Below, piece after piece: positions 50,545 to 61,054 of a stretch of DNA of 64,000 nucleotides (position 1 is the first letter of the stretch; the number at the start of each line of letters is the position of its first letter). The notes under the pieces were generated by a model. That model was not told where the DNA came from and ran no database searches. It saw only the letters and a program-made list of their open reading frames with translations. Position numbers and translations under genes: made by a program. The DNA is from Mobula hypostoma (taxonomy: Eukaryota): positions 3,286,001-3,350,000 of the forward strand of contig NC_086108.1 in NCBI RefSeq assembly GCF_963921235.1. The letters are read 5' to 3'.

Positions 50545-51253
50545 TTGTGGTGGTGGCATCTGTTAGTCTCGCGAGACCATGGATCTGCGCCTGGGAAGTC
50601 TTGCTTCAGTCTGTGTTGGTAGAGCAGCATCTGTTGTGGCTGTAGAGGCGCAGGCTTCATAACCGGTAGACTGCTGCTTTCCATGTTGTGCCGTCGCAGT
50701 GACGTGACGCTGGAGTGTCTTCTCCAGGGTGCAGGCCTGGGCAAGGTTGTATGGAAGACTGGCAGTTGCCCATGCAGCAAGTCTCCCCTCTCCACGACAC
50801 CGATGTTGTCCAAGGGAAGGGTAAGGGCCAATACAGCTTGGCACCAGTGCCGTCGCAGGAGTTTCGAGAACGAGGTTGAACGCAACGTCGGGCTGCCTTA
50901 GGGACTCCAGTTCCGGATTTGTCCTCAGGGTTTACTCCCGAAGTCTTTCCCATGAGTGGGTGTGGCCGCAAGGCAGCGAAGGTTTGAAATCAGAGTTTTC
51001 CCTCTCTTAGATGGACTGCCTTCCCAGGCTGACGAGCTCGATCTACCCAAAGCACTGGTTTTAAGGCACCAGGACCTGCCTTCGCCCCTTCTCCTGTCAG
51101 TAGAAACAGTTCCACCGGGCTTAGAGGCTAAGTCACACGAGAAGGCCAGAAGTTGGAGTTGGTTGTCAGAGGCAATTTGAAGCGCATGCCGTGAGGAGCC
51201 CTTTTAGGTAGTGGGAGCTTGTCCTCACTACAACTCCTCAGCTTGACAACCTT
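50545..51253 (-). mobile_element. RTE-like non-autonomous element inside the LTR element
   Basis: CpG-rich, (acc)n tail on the minus strand, RTE 5'UTR-like sequence (recalled). Confidence 0.5.
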
Positions 51254-51279
51254 ATACATTTTATGTAAACATAAAAAGG

Positions 51280-52048
51280 AGTTGGCAACATTATAACTGT
51301 CTGTCTCTTTGTTTTCAAGTCTCTCCCTCTCTTTGTATGAATAAAGAATTGCCAACATTATAACTGTTTTCCTCTTTGTTTTTAACGGTCTCTCACTCTC
51401 TTGGTATGAATAAAGAATTGCCAACATTATAACTGTCTTCCTCTTCATTTTCAAGTCTCTCACTCTCTTGGTATGAATAAAGAATTGCCAACATTATAAC
51501 TGTCTTCCTCTTTGTTTTCAAGTCTCTCCCTCTTTTTGTATGAATAAAGGATTGCCAACATTATAACTGTCTTCCTCTTTTTTTTAACAGTCTCTCACTC
51601 TCGTGGTATGAATAAAGGATTGCCAACATTATAACTGTCTTCCTCTTTTTTTTTAAACGGTCTCTCACTCTCGTGGTATGAATAAAGAATTGCCAACATT
51701 ATAACTGTCTTCCTCTTTGTTTTCAAGTCTGTCCCTCTTTTTGTATGAATAAAGGATTGCCAACATTATAACTGTCTTCCTCTTTTTTTAAACGGTCTCT
51801 CACTCTCGTGGTATGAATAAAGAATTGCCAACATTATAACTGTCTTCCTCTTTGTTTTCAAGTCTCTCCCTCTTTTTGTATGAATAAAGAATTGCCAACA
51901 TTATAACTGTCTTCCTCTTTGTTTTCAAGTCTCTCCCTCTTTTTGTATGAATAAAGAATTGCCAACATTATAACTGTCTTCCTCTTTGTTTTCAAGTCTC
52001 TCCCTCTTTTTGTATGAATAAAGAATTGCCAACATTATAACTGTCTTT
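51280..52048. repeat. Minisatellite, about 12 units of 67-70 bp
   Basis: gaataaagaattgccaacattataactgtcttcctctttgttttcaagtctctccctctttttgtat repeated. Confidence 0.95.
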
Positions 52049-52269
52049 CACTGTGGGTCTATCTCTCTTTCTGTTTCCTCCTCTATTTCACCAATTCACA
52101 GGATCTTCAGTGAACTTTATTGATAACCTTGTTTGTACAGGATATGAACTCCTCCCAAGTGGGAGTGGCTAACTGAGTAGCATGGGATTAACCCATTAAT
52201 TACCACAACACCAGGCAGGCAGTCTTAAAGTGGAAAGATGATACGGGCACAGCAGGCAGTACTACTGAC

Positions 52270-52742
52270 AATCATGTGGCAGCAACTCAGTGCATAAAAG
52301 CATGCAGACATAGTCAAGAGGTTCAGATGTTGTTCAGACTGAACATCATAATGGGGAAGAAATGTGATCTAAGTGACTTCGACCATGCAATGATTGTTAG
52401 TGCCAGGTGGGGTTGGTTTCTGAGTCTCAGAAACTGCTGATGTCCTGGGACTTACAAACACAATGTTCTCTAGAGTTTACAGAGAATGGTGTGAAAAACA
52501 AAAAAAAAATCCAGTGAGCGGCAGTTGTGAGGGCGAAAATGCCCTATTAATGACAGAGGTTAGATGAGAATGGCCAAACTGGTTCAAGCTGGCAGCTAAC
52601 TCAAATAACCACACGTTACAATTTGAGAAACAACACATTGAACCTTGAAGTAAATGGGCTACAGCAGCAGAAGGCTACAAACATGCACTCAGTGGCCACT
52701 TTATTAGGTACAGGAGGTACCCAATATGTGGCCACTGAGTAT
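52270..52742 (+). mobile_element. Tc1-derived non-autonomous element
   Basis: MGKKCDLSDFD..MIVSAR..SETADVLG transposase N-terminal remnant; terminal TIR hairpin 52686-52740. Confidence 0.75.
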
Positions 52743-52795
52743 ATTGCCCCAAGTGGACTTGAGGAGGACTGTATGGGATTCTTGGGGATCTGGAG

Positions 52796-52872
52796 CAGGA
52801 GTCCCCAACCTTTGTATGCCATGGACCTCTACCATCAACTGAAGGGTCAGTGTACCAGGTTGGGAAACTCTG
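52796..52872. mobile_element. hAT (Charlie-like) MITE
   Basis: caggagtccccaacc..ggttgggaaactctg; 8-bp TSD atctggag/atctagag. Confidence 0.75.
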
Positions 52873-53453
52873 ATCTAGAGAGAAGAACTTCCTCCTCAGC
52901 ACCTTAAATGGGTGACCCTTATATGTTCTCTGCCCTCAGGTGAAACATCTTCCCAGCATCTAAGTGTGAATTAAAGGTGGTATGGAAGTCTGGTATTCTC
53001 TCCCCAAAGAAACTGAGGGATGAATGGTAATATCAAAATTCTATTTATTTATTTATTGCAATGCAGATGGAACAGGCCCTTCTGGCCCTTCGAGCCACGC
53101 CGCCCAGCAATCCCCCAACTTACCCCGAGCCTAATCATGGGACAATTTACAATGTCCAATTAACCTACCAACCAGTACGTCTTTGGACTGTGAGAGGTAA
53201 CCGGAGCACCCGGAGGAAACAGGGAGAATGGGGTTGAGAGGGATAATAAATCAGCCATGATGGTGGGGCAGACTCAATGGGTTGGTGTTACGATTTTTGG
53301 CTCAAGCAAGTGGAGTTAATGCACAGACTGTCCACATTTCCAACAGAATTTCAGAGCAGGCGGGAGAGGTTGAATGGTCTCATGTTCTCACACCCATGGT
53401 GGAGGTCACAAACCTTGCTGAGGTACCAGCCCCAGATCTGCTCTTCCACTTAC

Positions 53454-53513
53454 CGGGTTTCACTACGGAGTCACACTCCTCACACTTCGGGAAGGGCTTT
53501 GTAAAGATCTGTG
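53454..53513 (-). CDS. SIRT2: Sirtuin-2 internal exon (60 nt)
   Basis: tag|(T)QIFTKPFPKCEECDSVVKP+G|gtaag; CxxC Zn pair; phase 1-1 matches neighbours. Confidence 0.96.
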
Positions 53514-53792
53514 CTATATGAGGAAGGAAAAGGAAAGGGAAATTAGCAAACGCAGAGCTGAAACTCAACATCCCAATGCACGGTGCTGTTGCAAGGTGTT
53601 GCTGCCTATCAAAAGTGCCCCATTCACATTATAACCGGTTCCTAGTGGAATCCGGTTAAACAGACTAACTGCACGTCTCTCTCAGCCTGTTGATCCCCTC
53701 TCCTGACAGCTTCTCCTGCTGGATTAGAGTGTTAGTTATCTCATAATTTTATAATTTATCATCATCATCATTTTATAATCATAATCTCACTA

Positions 53793-54574
53793 CACTGGAC
53801 ACAAAGATTTTTTTGGCATATCGTATGAATTTTCGGCTGTTGATCATGAAAATCACCATGAAATTTCCTTATCAAGCACCATTTTTAAAAAATCACCTAT
53901 ATTTGTTATTTCAATTCATAACTCAAGTCAGAATAACTGATAGCAAGATTAAGGGGGCATTTTTGTTGGTCCACAAATCAAACAGGTCATCAATGACAGG
54001 CAATTCGAAGAACTTCTAGTGGGACCGGAGAGAATCGCATAGAAGGCATTCAAGGATTTTGTTGAAAATTTTCTTGGCAACTAAAGAACATCAAACTATG
54101 TGCAGCTGGTTGACAACATGCTTCAAGCATACAAAACCATGAAACACAACATGTCACTAAGGATTCATTTTCTGCATTCCCACTTAGACTTTTCCCTGCA
54201 AATCTTGGCACTGTCAGTGACGAGCACGGTGAAAGATTTCACCAGGACATTGTGGTCATGGAGAAACGGTATCAGGGCAACTGGAATCCATCAATGTTGG
54301 CTGGTTATTGTTGGACACTTAAGCAAGAAGCCTCAGACACTGAGTATAAATGAAAATCATCAACAAAACATTGTTAGCTTAGTTGAACTATTGCAAAGCA
54401 TCAGCACTGTTATGCAATTAAACACATTATATTTAATAGAAGTTAATTTCTTGTTTCAACAAATTCCTATGTACAAGTAGTCTGAAATTATATTGTGTTC
54501 ACCTTCAAGCGGTCTATCATAAACAAAAAAAAATTTGAGCAAGCAACACTTTTGAAAAAGTTTGTTATCCAATG
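53793..54574 (+). mobile_element. Chapaev3-like deletion derivative, second copy
   Basis: cactggacac..tgttatccaatg; flanks cta/tta; MSLRIHFLHSHLDF. Confidence 0.7.
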
Positions 54575-55206
54575 TTATTTTTAAGTTTTCTGACTTGTTT
54601 TTAAAGCTCTCAATGGCCTGGGACCGGAGTACATCACTGAATCATTTTCATTTTATAATCTGCTCGAGCTCTCAGCTCTTCTTCTGCTGGCTTCTTAAAT
54701 TTAAACACTCTCCCTCAAAAGATAATTGGCATGCTTAATGGTATTGATGCATTAAGAAGGTTGGGAGCCCCTGCTATCAGGGATGCGGTCTCAGCTGACA
54801 CCTTTAAACACCAGCTCAAAATCTATTGATTTAACCTTGCTTTTAACTAACACGTTTTTTTTAATTTTCATGTTTGTACTTTACCCCATTGTAAAGAACA
54901 TTGAACTACATTATCTGGATGAAATGTCTTCTGTAAATAAAGCTATTATCATTACTTTCCTATTTATTTAAAGATACAGTGTGGAACATGCCTATTTGCA
55001 CCTCCCAGCAACCCACCTATTTAACACTAGACTTATAACAGAAAAGTTCCTTCTTCTTCCTCTCGGGCCCTTAGTGGCACATAGGCCATTGAAGACCTCC
55101 TGTCTCCATTGTTCAAAGTTGAGGGTATGGTTGGAATTCATCAATGTTTCTGTAATCTGTAATCCATTGTTTCCACTGTACAGGGGATTGGGCTGTACAG
55201 CTTCAC

Positions 55207-57235
55207 AAAATGAAGAAATACTCAAATGGTAAAATAGTACAACCATGGCTGACAAGGGAAGTCAAAGCTATCGTAAAAGCAAAAACTAGGGGGAAGATAG
55301 AGGATTGGGAAGTTTGTAAAAACCTACAGAAAGCAATTCAAAAACTCATCAGAAGGGAAAAGAGGAAATATGAAAGCAAGCAAGCATATAATATCAAAAC
55401 GGATAGTAAAAGTTTTTTCAAGTATGTTAAAAATAAAAGAGAAATGAGAGTGGATATAGGACCGCTAGAAAATGAGGCAGGAGAAATAATAACAGGGGAC
55501 AAGGAGATGGCTGATGAACTAAATGAGTATTTTACATCAGTCTTCACTGTGGAAGACACTAACAGTATGCCTGATGTTGTGTGTGAAGGAAGAGAAGTGG
55601 GTGCAGTTACTGTTACAAGACAGAAGGTGCTCAAAAAGCTGAAAGACCTAAAGGTACATAAGTCACCCGAACCAGATGAACTGCATCCTAGGGTTCTGAA
55701 AGAGGTAGCTTTAGAGATTGCGGAGATTAAGAAGAACTGTTGGATCTTCTTAAAAACATCAAGATTGATAAGTTCCCAGGGCCAGACGTGATATACCCCA
55801 GGTTGCTGTGGGAAGTGAGAGAAGAGATTGCTGGAGCAGTAGCTACGATCTTTGAAACCTCTTTGGCCGCAGGGGAGGTGTCGGAGGATTGGAGAATGGC
55901 AAATGTAGTTCCCTTGTTTAAAAAAGGTAATAGGGAGAATCCTGGGAACCATAAACCGGTGAGTCTTACATCAGTGGTCTGCGAACTATTGGAAAGGATT
56001 CTTAAGGATAGGATCTATGAGCATTTGGAGAAGTACAGTCTACTCAAGGATAGTCAACATGGCTTTGTGAAGGGAAGGTCGTGTCTCACGAGCCAAATTG
56101 AGTTTTTTGAAGAGGTAACAAAAGAAATTCATGAGGGTAGGGCAGTAGATGTGGTCTACATGGATTTTAGCAAGGCATTTGACAAGGTCCCCCATGAGAG
56201 ACTCATCCAGAAAGTCATGAGGCATGACTTGGCTGTTTGGATAAAAAATTGACTTACAGGAAGAAAGCAGAGGGTAGTAGTGGAAGGAAGGTATTCTGCC
56301 TGGAGGTCGGTGACCAGTGGAGTGCCGCAAGGATCTGTCCTGGGACCCCTGCTCTTTGTGATTTTTATAAATGACCTGGATGAAGAGGCAGAAGGATGGG
56401 TGAGTAAGTTTGCGGATGACACGAAGATTGGAGGAGTTGTGGATGGAGCTGTAGGCTGTCGAAGGTTACAAGAGGATATAGGCAGGATGCAGAGTTGGGC
56501 AGAAAAGTGACAGATGGAGTTCAATATGGATAAGTGTGAGGTGATGCATTTTGGAAGGACAAACCAGAAGGCTGAGTACAGGGTTAATGGTCGGTTACTT
56601 AAGAGTGTGGATAAACAGAGGGACCTTGGGGTTCAAATCCATACATTCCCTCAAGGTCGCTGCACAGGTTGATAGGATAGTTAAGAAGGCCTATAGGGTG
56701 CTAGGCTTCCTTAATAGGGGGATTGAGTTCAAGAGTAGAGAGGTCATGTTGCAACTCTACAAATCTCTGGTGAGACCACACTTAGAGTATTGTGTTCAGT
56801 TCTGGTCACCTTACATGTGGAAGCTATGGAGAGGGTGCAGAGGAGATTTACCAGGATGTTGCCTGGATTGGAAAACAAGTCTTATGAGACAAGGTTGGCA
56901 GAGCTGGGACTTTGCTCTTTGGAGCGTAGAAGGATGAGAGGGGACTTGATAGAGGTCTACAAGATTATGAGAGGCATAGATGGGGTGGATAGCCAGTACC
57001 TGTTTCCCAGGGCACGAATAGCAAACACCAGACGGCATATGTATGAAGTTAAGGGAGGGAAGTTTACGGGAGACATCAGGGGTAAGTTTTTTTACACAGA
57101 GGTTTATGGGTGCCTGGAATGACTTGCCAGGGATGGTGGTGGAGGCTAAAACATTAGGGTTATTTAAGAGCCCCTTGGACAACACATGGATGAAAGAAAC
57201 ATAGAGGGTTACGGGGTAGCGGGGTTACGGTTTAG
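55207..57235 (+). mobile_element. Chimeric CR1 block (two subfamilies joined near 55725)
   Basis: KSPEPDELHPRVLKE followed by a second KFPGPDVIYPRLLWE; RT motifs KFADD; stops. Confidence 0.8.
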
Positions 57236-57625
57236 TACTTTATTTTTCCCCTTGCGTGAAAAACTGCAATCTTTCTTATAGGTGGCAGAAGGCTCAACTC
57301 CCATTCCAGTGAATTGAATACACAATCCAGATTGACACTACAACATACATGTGAGGAACGTGACACTGCTGGAGGCTTGTGCAAGCAGTGGCTAACTGAG
57401 GTGTTGTAAGCCTCTCCGAGGTGGATACAGGCAAGGCCAGCAACAGGGCTCAGGTGAAGCTGTACAGGCCAATCCCTTATACAGTGGATATAATGGATTA
57501 CAGAAACATTGATCAACTCCAACCACACCATCGACTTTGGATGGGAAGAAGAAGAGGTATTGTCAAAATGATGGATTTCCATCCTGGCACACGAGCTGGG
57601 CAGGGAACGCATCGTGCGTACTTAC

Positions 57626-57755
57626 TTTTCATCCAGTCCAAGTTATACTGCTTCCTGCACGCACTGTTGGTACAGTGGGAGGTGAAGAATGTCCCGTGCG
57701 CCTCTATCAGGTCCTCTTCTTTCAACCCAACTACTCTCTCAAGAGTGTCAATGTT
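57626..57755 (-). CDS. SIRT2: NAD-dependent deacetylase sirtuin-2, internal exon (130 nt)
   Basis: tag|[43 protein letters not shown]+A|gtaag; sirtuin NID and catalytic HG motifs, first Cys pair. Confidence 0.97.
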
Positions 57756-58261
57756 CTAGTGTAGAGAAGGAAAGAACATCAGGAACAGAGGGTCAGTTTC
57801 CAAGTCCCCGAGCGTTTCTTGTCATCAACCTCTGAGAAAGATTGTCTGCATTTGCAGTTCAGCGTTCACTACAACCCTGAAAAGCAAGCTGGGTGATATA
57901 GTGGGACTGTTAGAGCACATTCTGGAATTAGGGTATGTAGCAAATATTAATTTCACTAGCAACCAATCTTCAGATTTGAATGTGGAATTTAAAACACAGC
58001 TCAGAAGAATGGGCTTCCTAGAGCTGCCAGTGGGGTTCAATCACAAACAAATACTCCACTTGGACCTCAAATGCAGGAATGCAGACTAGAGTCAGTGGGT
58101 ATTAACATTCATTTTGGGTGTCTGGAGCCAAAGAAGGAGGTGTTGAAGTCTATACATAATTCAAAGGAAGCATTGTAGATACATTGCAAACATGGAATTG
58201 TCCTGCTGCAACCTTTAATGTCAAGTAATATTGGACTGAGAAGCCTCTTCCTCCAAGAGTC

Positions 58262-58470
58262 AACAAAAACAAGAGAAAATCTGCAGATGCTGGAAATCTA
58301 AGCGACACTCACAAAATGCTGGAGGAACTCAGCAGGTCAGGCAGCATCTATGGAAAAGAGTCCAGTTGAAGTTTCGGGCTGAAAAAGGGCCTCGGCCTGA
58401 AACGTCGACTGTACTCTTTTCCATAGATGCCGCCTGACCTGTTGAGTTCCTCCAGCATTTTGTGTGTGTT
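58262..58470. mobile_element. Penelope-derived fold-back element
   Basis: cacaaaatgctggaggaactcagcagg..cctgttgagttcctccagcattttgtg; centre ctgaaaa..gaaacgtcgactg. Confidence 0.8.
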
Positions 58471-58814
58471 CCTCCAGGAGTATCTCATTTTGTTGAATAA
58501 AATGCTTCTGGGTCTCTCCCGTGACCTTCTTCACATTACAACACTACCACCTCACTGCTCCAGTGACCTGGGTTCAGTTCTGACCTCAAGTTCTGTCAGT
58601 GTGGGGTCTGTACATTCTCCCAGTGACTGCATTGGTCCCCACCACACGCCAAAGACAGAAGAGGCAAAGGGTTAATCGGCTGCTCCCAGTAAATTAATGT
58701 CTAGACTTTAATATTCCTATCCTTTGTTTTCAAACTCTGCCATGCCACATCCTTTCTGAACTCTGAATAGGTAAATTAGTTTATTATTGTTAAGTGTCAC
58801 TAAGATTGTGAAAC

Positions 58815-59580
58815 GTGTCGCTATAGAACTGACTGTGGACTTCAGAAGGTGTAAGATGAGAGAACTTGAACCAGTCCCCATGCAGGGATCAGAAGTGGGA
58901 AGAGTGAGCAATGCCTAGATCCTGGGTGTCAATATCTCTGAGGACCAGACCTGGCCCCAACGTATCAAAGCAGCTGCAAAGAAGGCACGGCAGCGGCAAT
59001 ATTTCATCAGGAGTTTGGGGAGATTTGGTAATGTCACCAACAGCAGTCGCATATTTCTACAGATGCACTGTGGATAGTATTCTAACTGGCTGCATCAGTG
59101 CCTGATATGGGGGTGGGTCTACTGCACAGGATCGCAGTAAACTGCAGAGAGTTGTAAACTTCATCTGCTCCATCATGGATACTAGCCTTCGTAATAACCA
59201 GGACATCTTCGAGGAGCGGCGCCTCAGAAAGGCGGCAACCATCATTACGGACCCCCACCACCCAGGACATGCCCTCTTCTCATTGCTACCATCAGGGAGG
59301 AGGTACAGGAGCCTGAAGACACACACTCAGCGATTCAGGAACAGCTTCTTTCCCTCTGCCATCTGACTTCTGAATGGACATTGAACCCATGAACACTACC
59401 TCAATACTTTTTTATTTCTATTTTTTGCACTACTTGTTTAATTTAACCATTTTATACACACTTACTGTAACTCACAGTTTTTTTCACTGTTGTTATGTAT
59501 TGCAATGTACTGTTGCCACAAAGACAAGTTTCACGTAATATGCCGGTGGTATGAAACCTGGTTCTGATTGTGATTCTGAC
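58815..59580 (+). mobile_element. Rex1/Babar 3' fragment
   Basis: FYRCTVDSILTGC, HPGHALFSLLPSGRRYRS..NSFFP. Confidence 0.82.
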
Positions 59581-59947
59581 TAACTATAATGTTGCCAGGA
59601 CTTGAGGGACTGAGTTATAGGGGGAGGTTGGACAGGCTAGAACCTTATCCCTTACAGCAGCAGTCTCTAATCTGCCGAATAGTATTGGTCCATGACATAA
59701 AAAAAGGCTGTGAGCCCCTGCCTCAGAGTGCAAGATACTGAAAGGTGATAACAAGGGGCATAAATGGGTTAAATGCATTCAGCCTTTTATTCAAGAGCTG
59801 GGTACTAGAGGGCATAGATTAAGGTGAGAGGAACTCGGGGGATGGGGGGGCAGCTTTTTTATTTACATAAGGGTGGTATCTATATGGAACGTTCTGCCAG
59901 AGGAAATGGTTGAGGCAAATACAATATCCACTTTCAGAATGTTGGAC

Positions 59948-60679
59948 ATAGAAACATAGAAACCCTACAGCACAATACAGGCCCTTCAGCCCACAATGCT
60001 GTGCCGAACATGTACTTACTTTAGAAATTACCTAGGGTTACCCATAGCCCTCTGTTTTTCTAAGCTTCATGTACCTGTCCAGGAGTCTCTTAAAAGACCC
60101 TATCATATCCGCCTCCACCACTGTCGCCGGCAGCCCATTCCATGCACTCACCACCCTCTGCGTAAAAAACTTACCCCTGACATCTCCTCTGTACCTACCT
60201 CCAAACACCTTAAAACTGTGCCCTCTCATGTTAGCCACTTCAGCCCTGGGAAAAAGCCTCTGACTATCCACATGATCAATGCCTCTCATCATCTTATACA
60301 CCTCTATCAGGTCACCTCTCATCCTCCGTCACTCCAAGGAGAAAAGGCCGAGTTCAATTAACCTATTTTCATAAGGCATGCTCCCCAATCCAGGCAACAT
60401 CCTTGTAAGTCCCCTCTGCACCCTTTCTATAGTTTCCACATCCTTCCTGTAGTGAGGTGACCAGAACTGAGCACAGTACTCCAAGTGGGGTCTGACCAGA
60501 GTTCTATATCACTGTAACATTACCTCTCGGCTCTTAAAACTCAATCCCATGATTGAAGGCCAATGCACCATATGCATTCTTAACCACAGAGTCAACCTGC
60601 GCAGCAGCTTTGAGTGTCCAATGGACTCAGACCCCAAGATCCCTCTGATCCTCCACACTGCCAAAAGTCTTACCATTAA
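59948..60679 (-). mobile_element. CR1 3' fragment nested in an older CR1 tail
   Basis: ORF 60038-60322; tail tatgtttc; ttggaca near both junctions. Confidence 0.85.
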
Positions 60680-60719
60680 ATGACAATTGGACAGGTACAT
60701 GGATGGGAAACGTTTAGAA

Positions 60720-60757
60720 CAGGGGTTCCCAACCTGGCACCCACAGACCTCTCTCTG
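60720..60757. mobile_element. Collapsed hAT MITE
   Basis: caggggttcccaacc..ctg with perfect TSD gtttagaa. Confidence 0.7.
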
Positions 60758-61054
60758 GTTTAGAAGGTCACGAGCCAAACAAAGGCAATGAGACTAGCTT
60801 GGATGGGGGATCTTGATCAACATGGACCAGATGGGCTGTGTTGTGTGACTCTGTACAGAGGTACGGTGATAAATATTGTTTTGTATACCTCTCTCAGAAC
60901 TCTGAATATCTCGAAATCTCAATTCTAGACATTCCTCACATTATTCATTCCAGCACTGGTGGTCGTGCCTTCAGCTGCCAAGGTCTTGGAGATCTGGAAT
61001 TTCTTCCCTAAACCTTTCAGCCTCTCTCTCATCTTCTCGAACCTTAAAGTTTCC

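Larger units (their letters stand above)
50263..52210 (-). mobile_element. Non-coding short-LTR retroelement remnant (Gypsy/TRIM-like)
   Basis: LTRs 50263-50430 and partial 52113-52210; outer termini TGTTGT..ACAACA; AATAAA; PPT AAGAAGGGGAGA; TSD CCAGG. Confidence 0.8.

Noticed and set aside
51280..52048. CRISPR-like array
   Set aside because: The intervening segments are two recurring variants rather than unique spacers; no cas genes; vertebrate intron
57513..57725. Stand-alone 70-aa ORF
   Set aside because: It is part of a SIRT2 exon running on into the intron
21046..57755. SIRT3 or SIRT1 identity
   Set aside because: The GDP..GLG..DFDSEKAYRDVA loop and C-terminal helix match SIRT2
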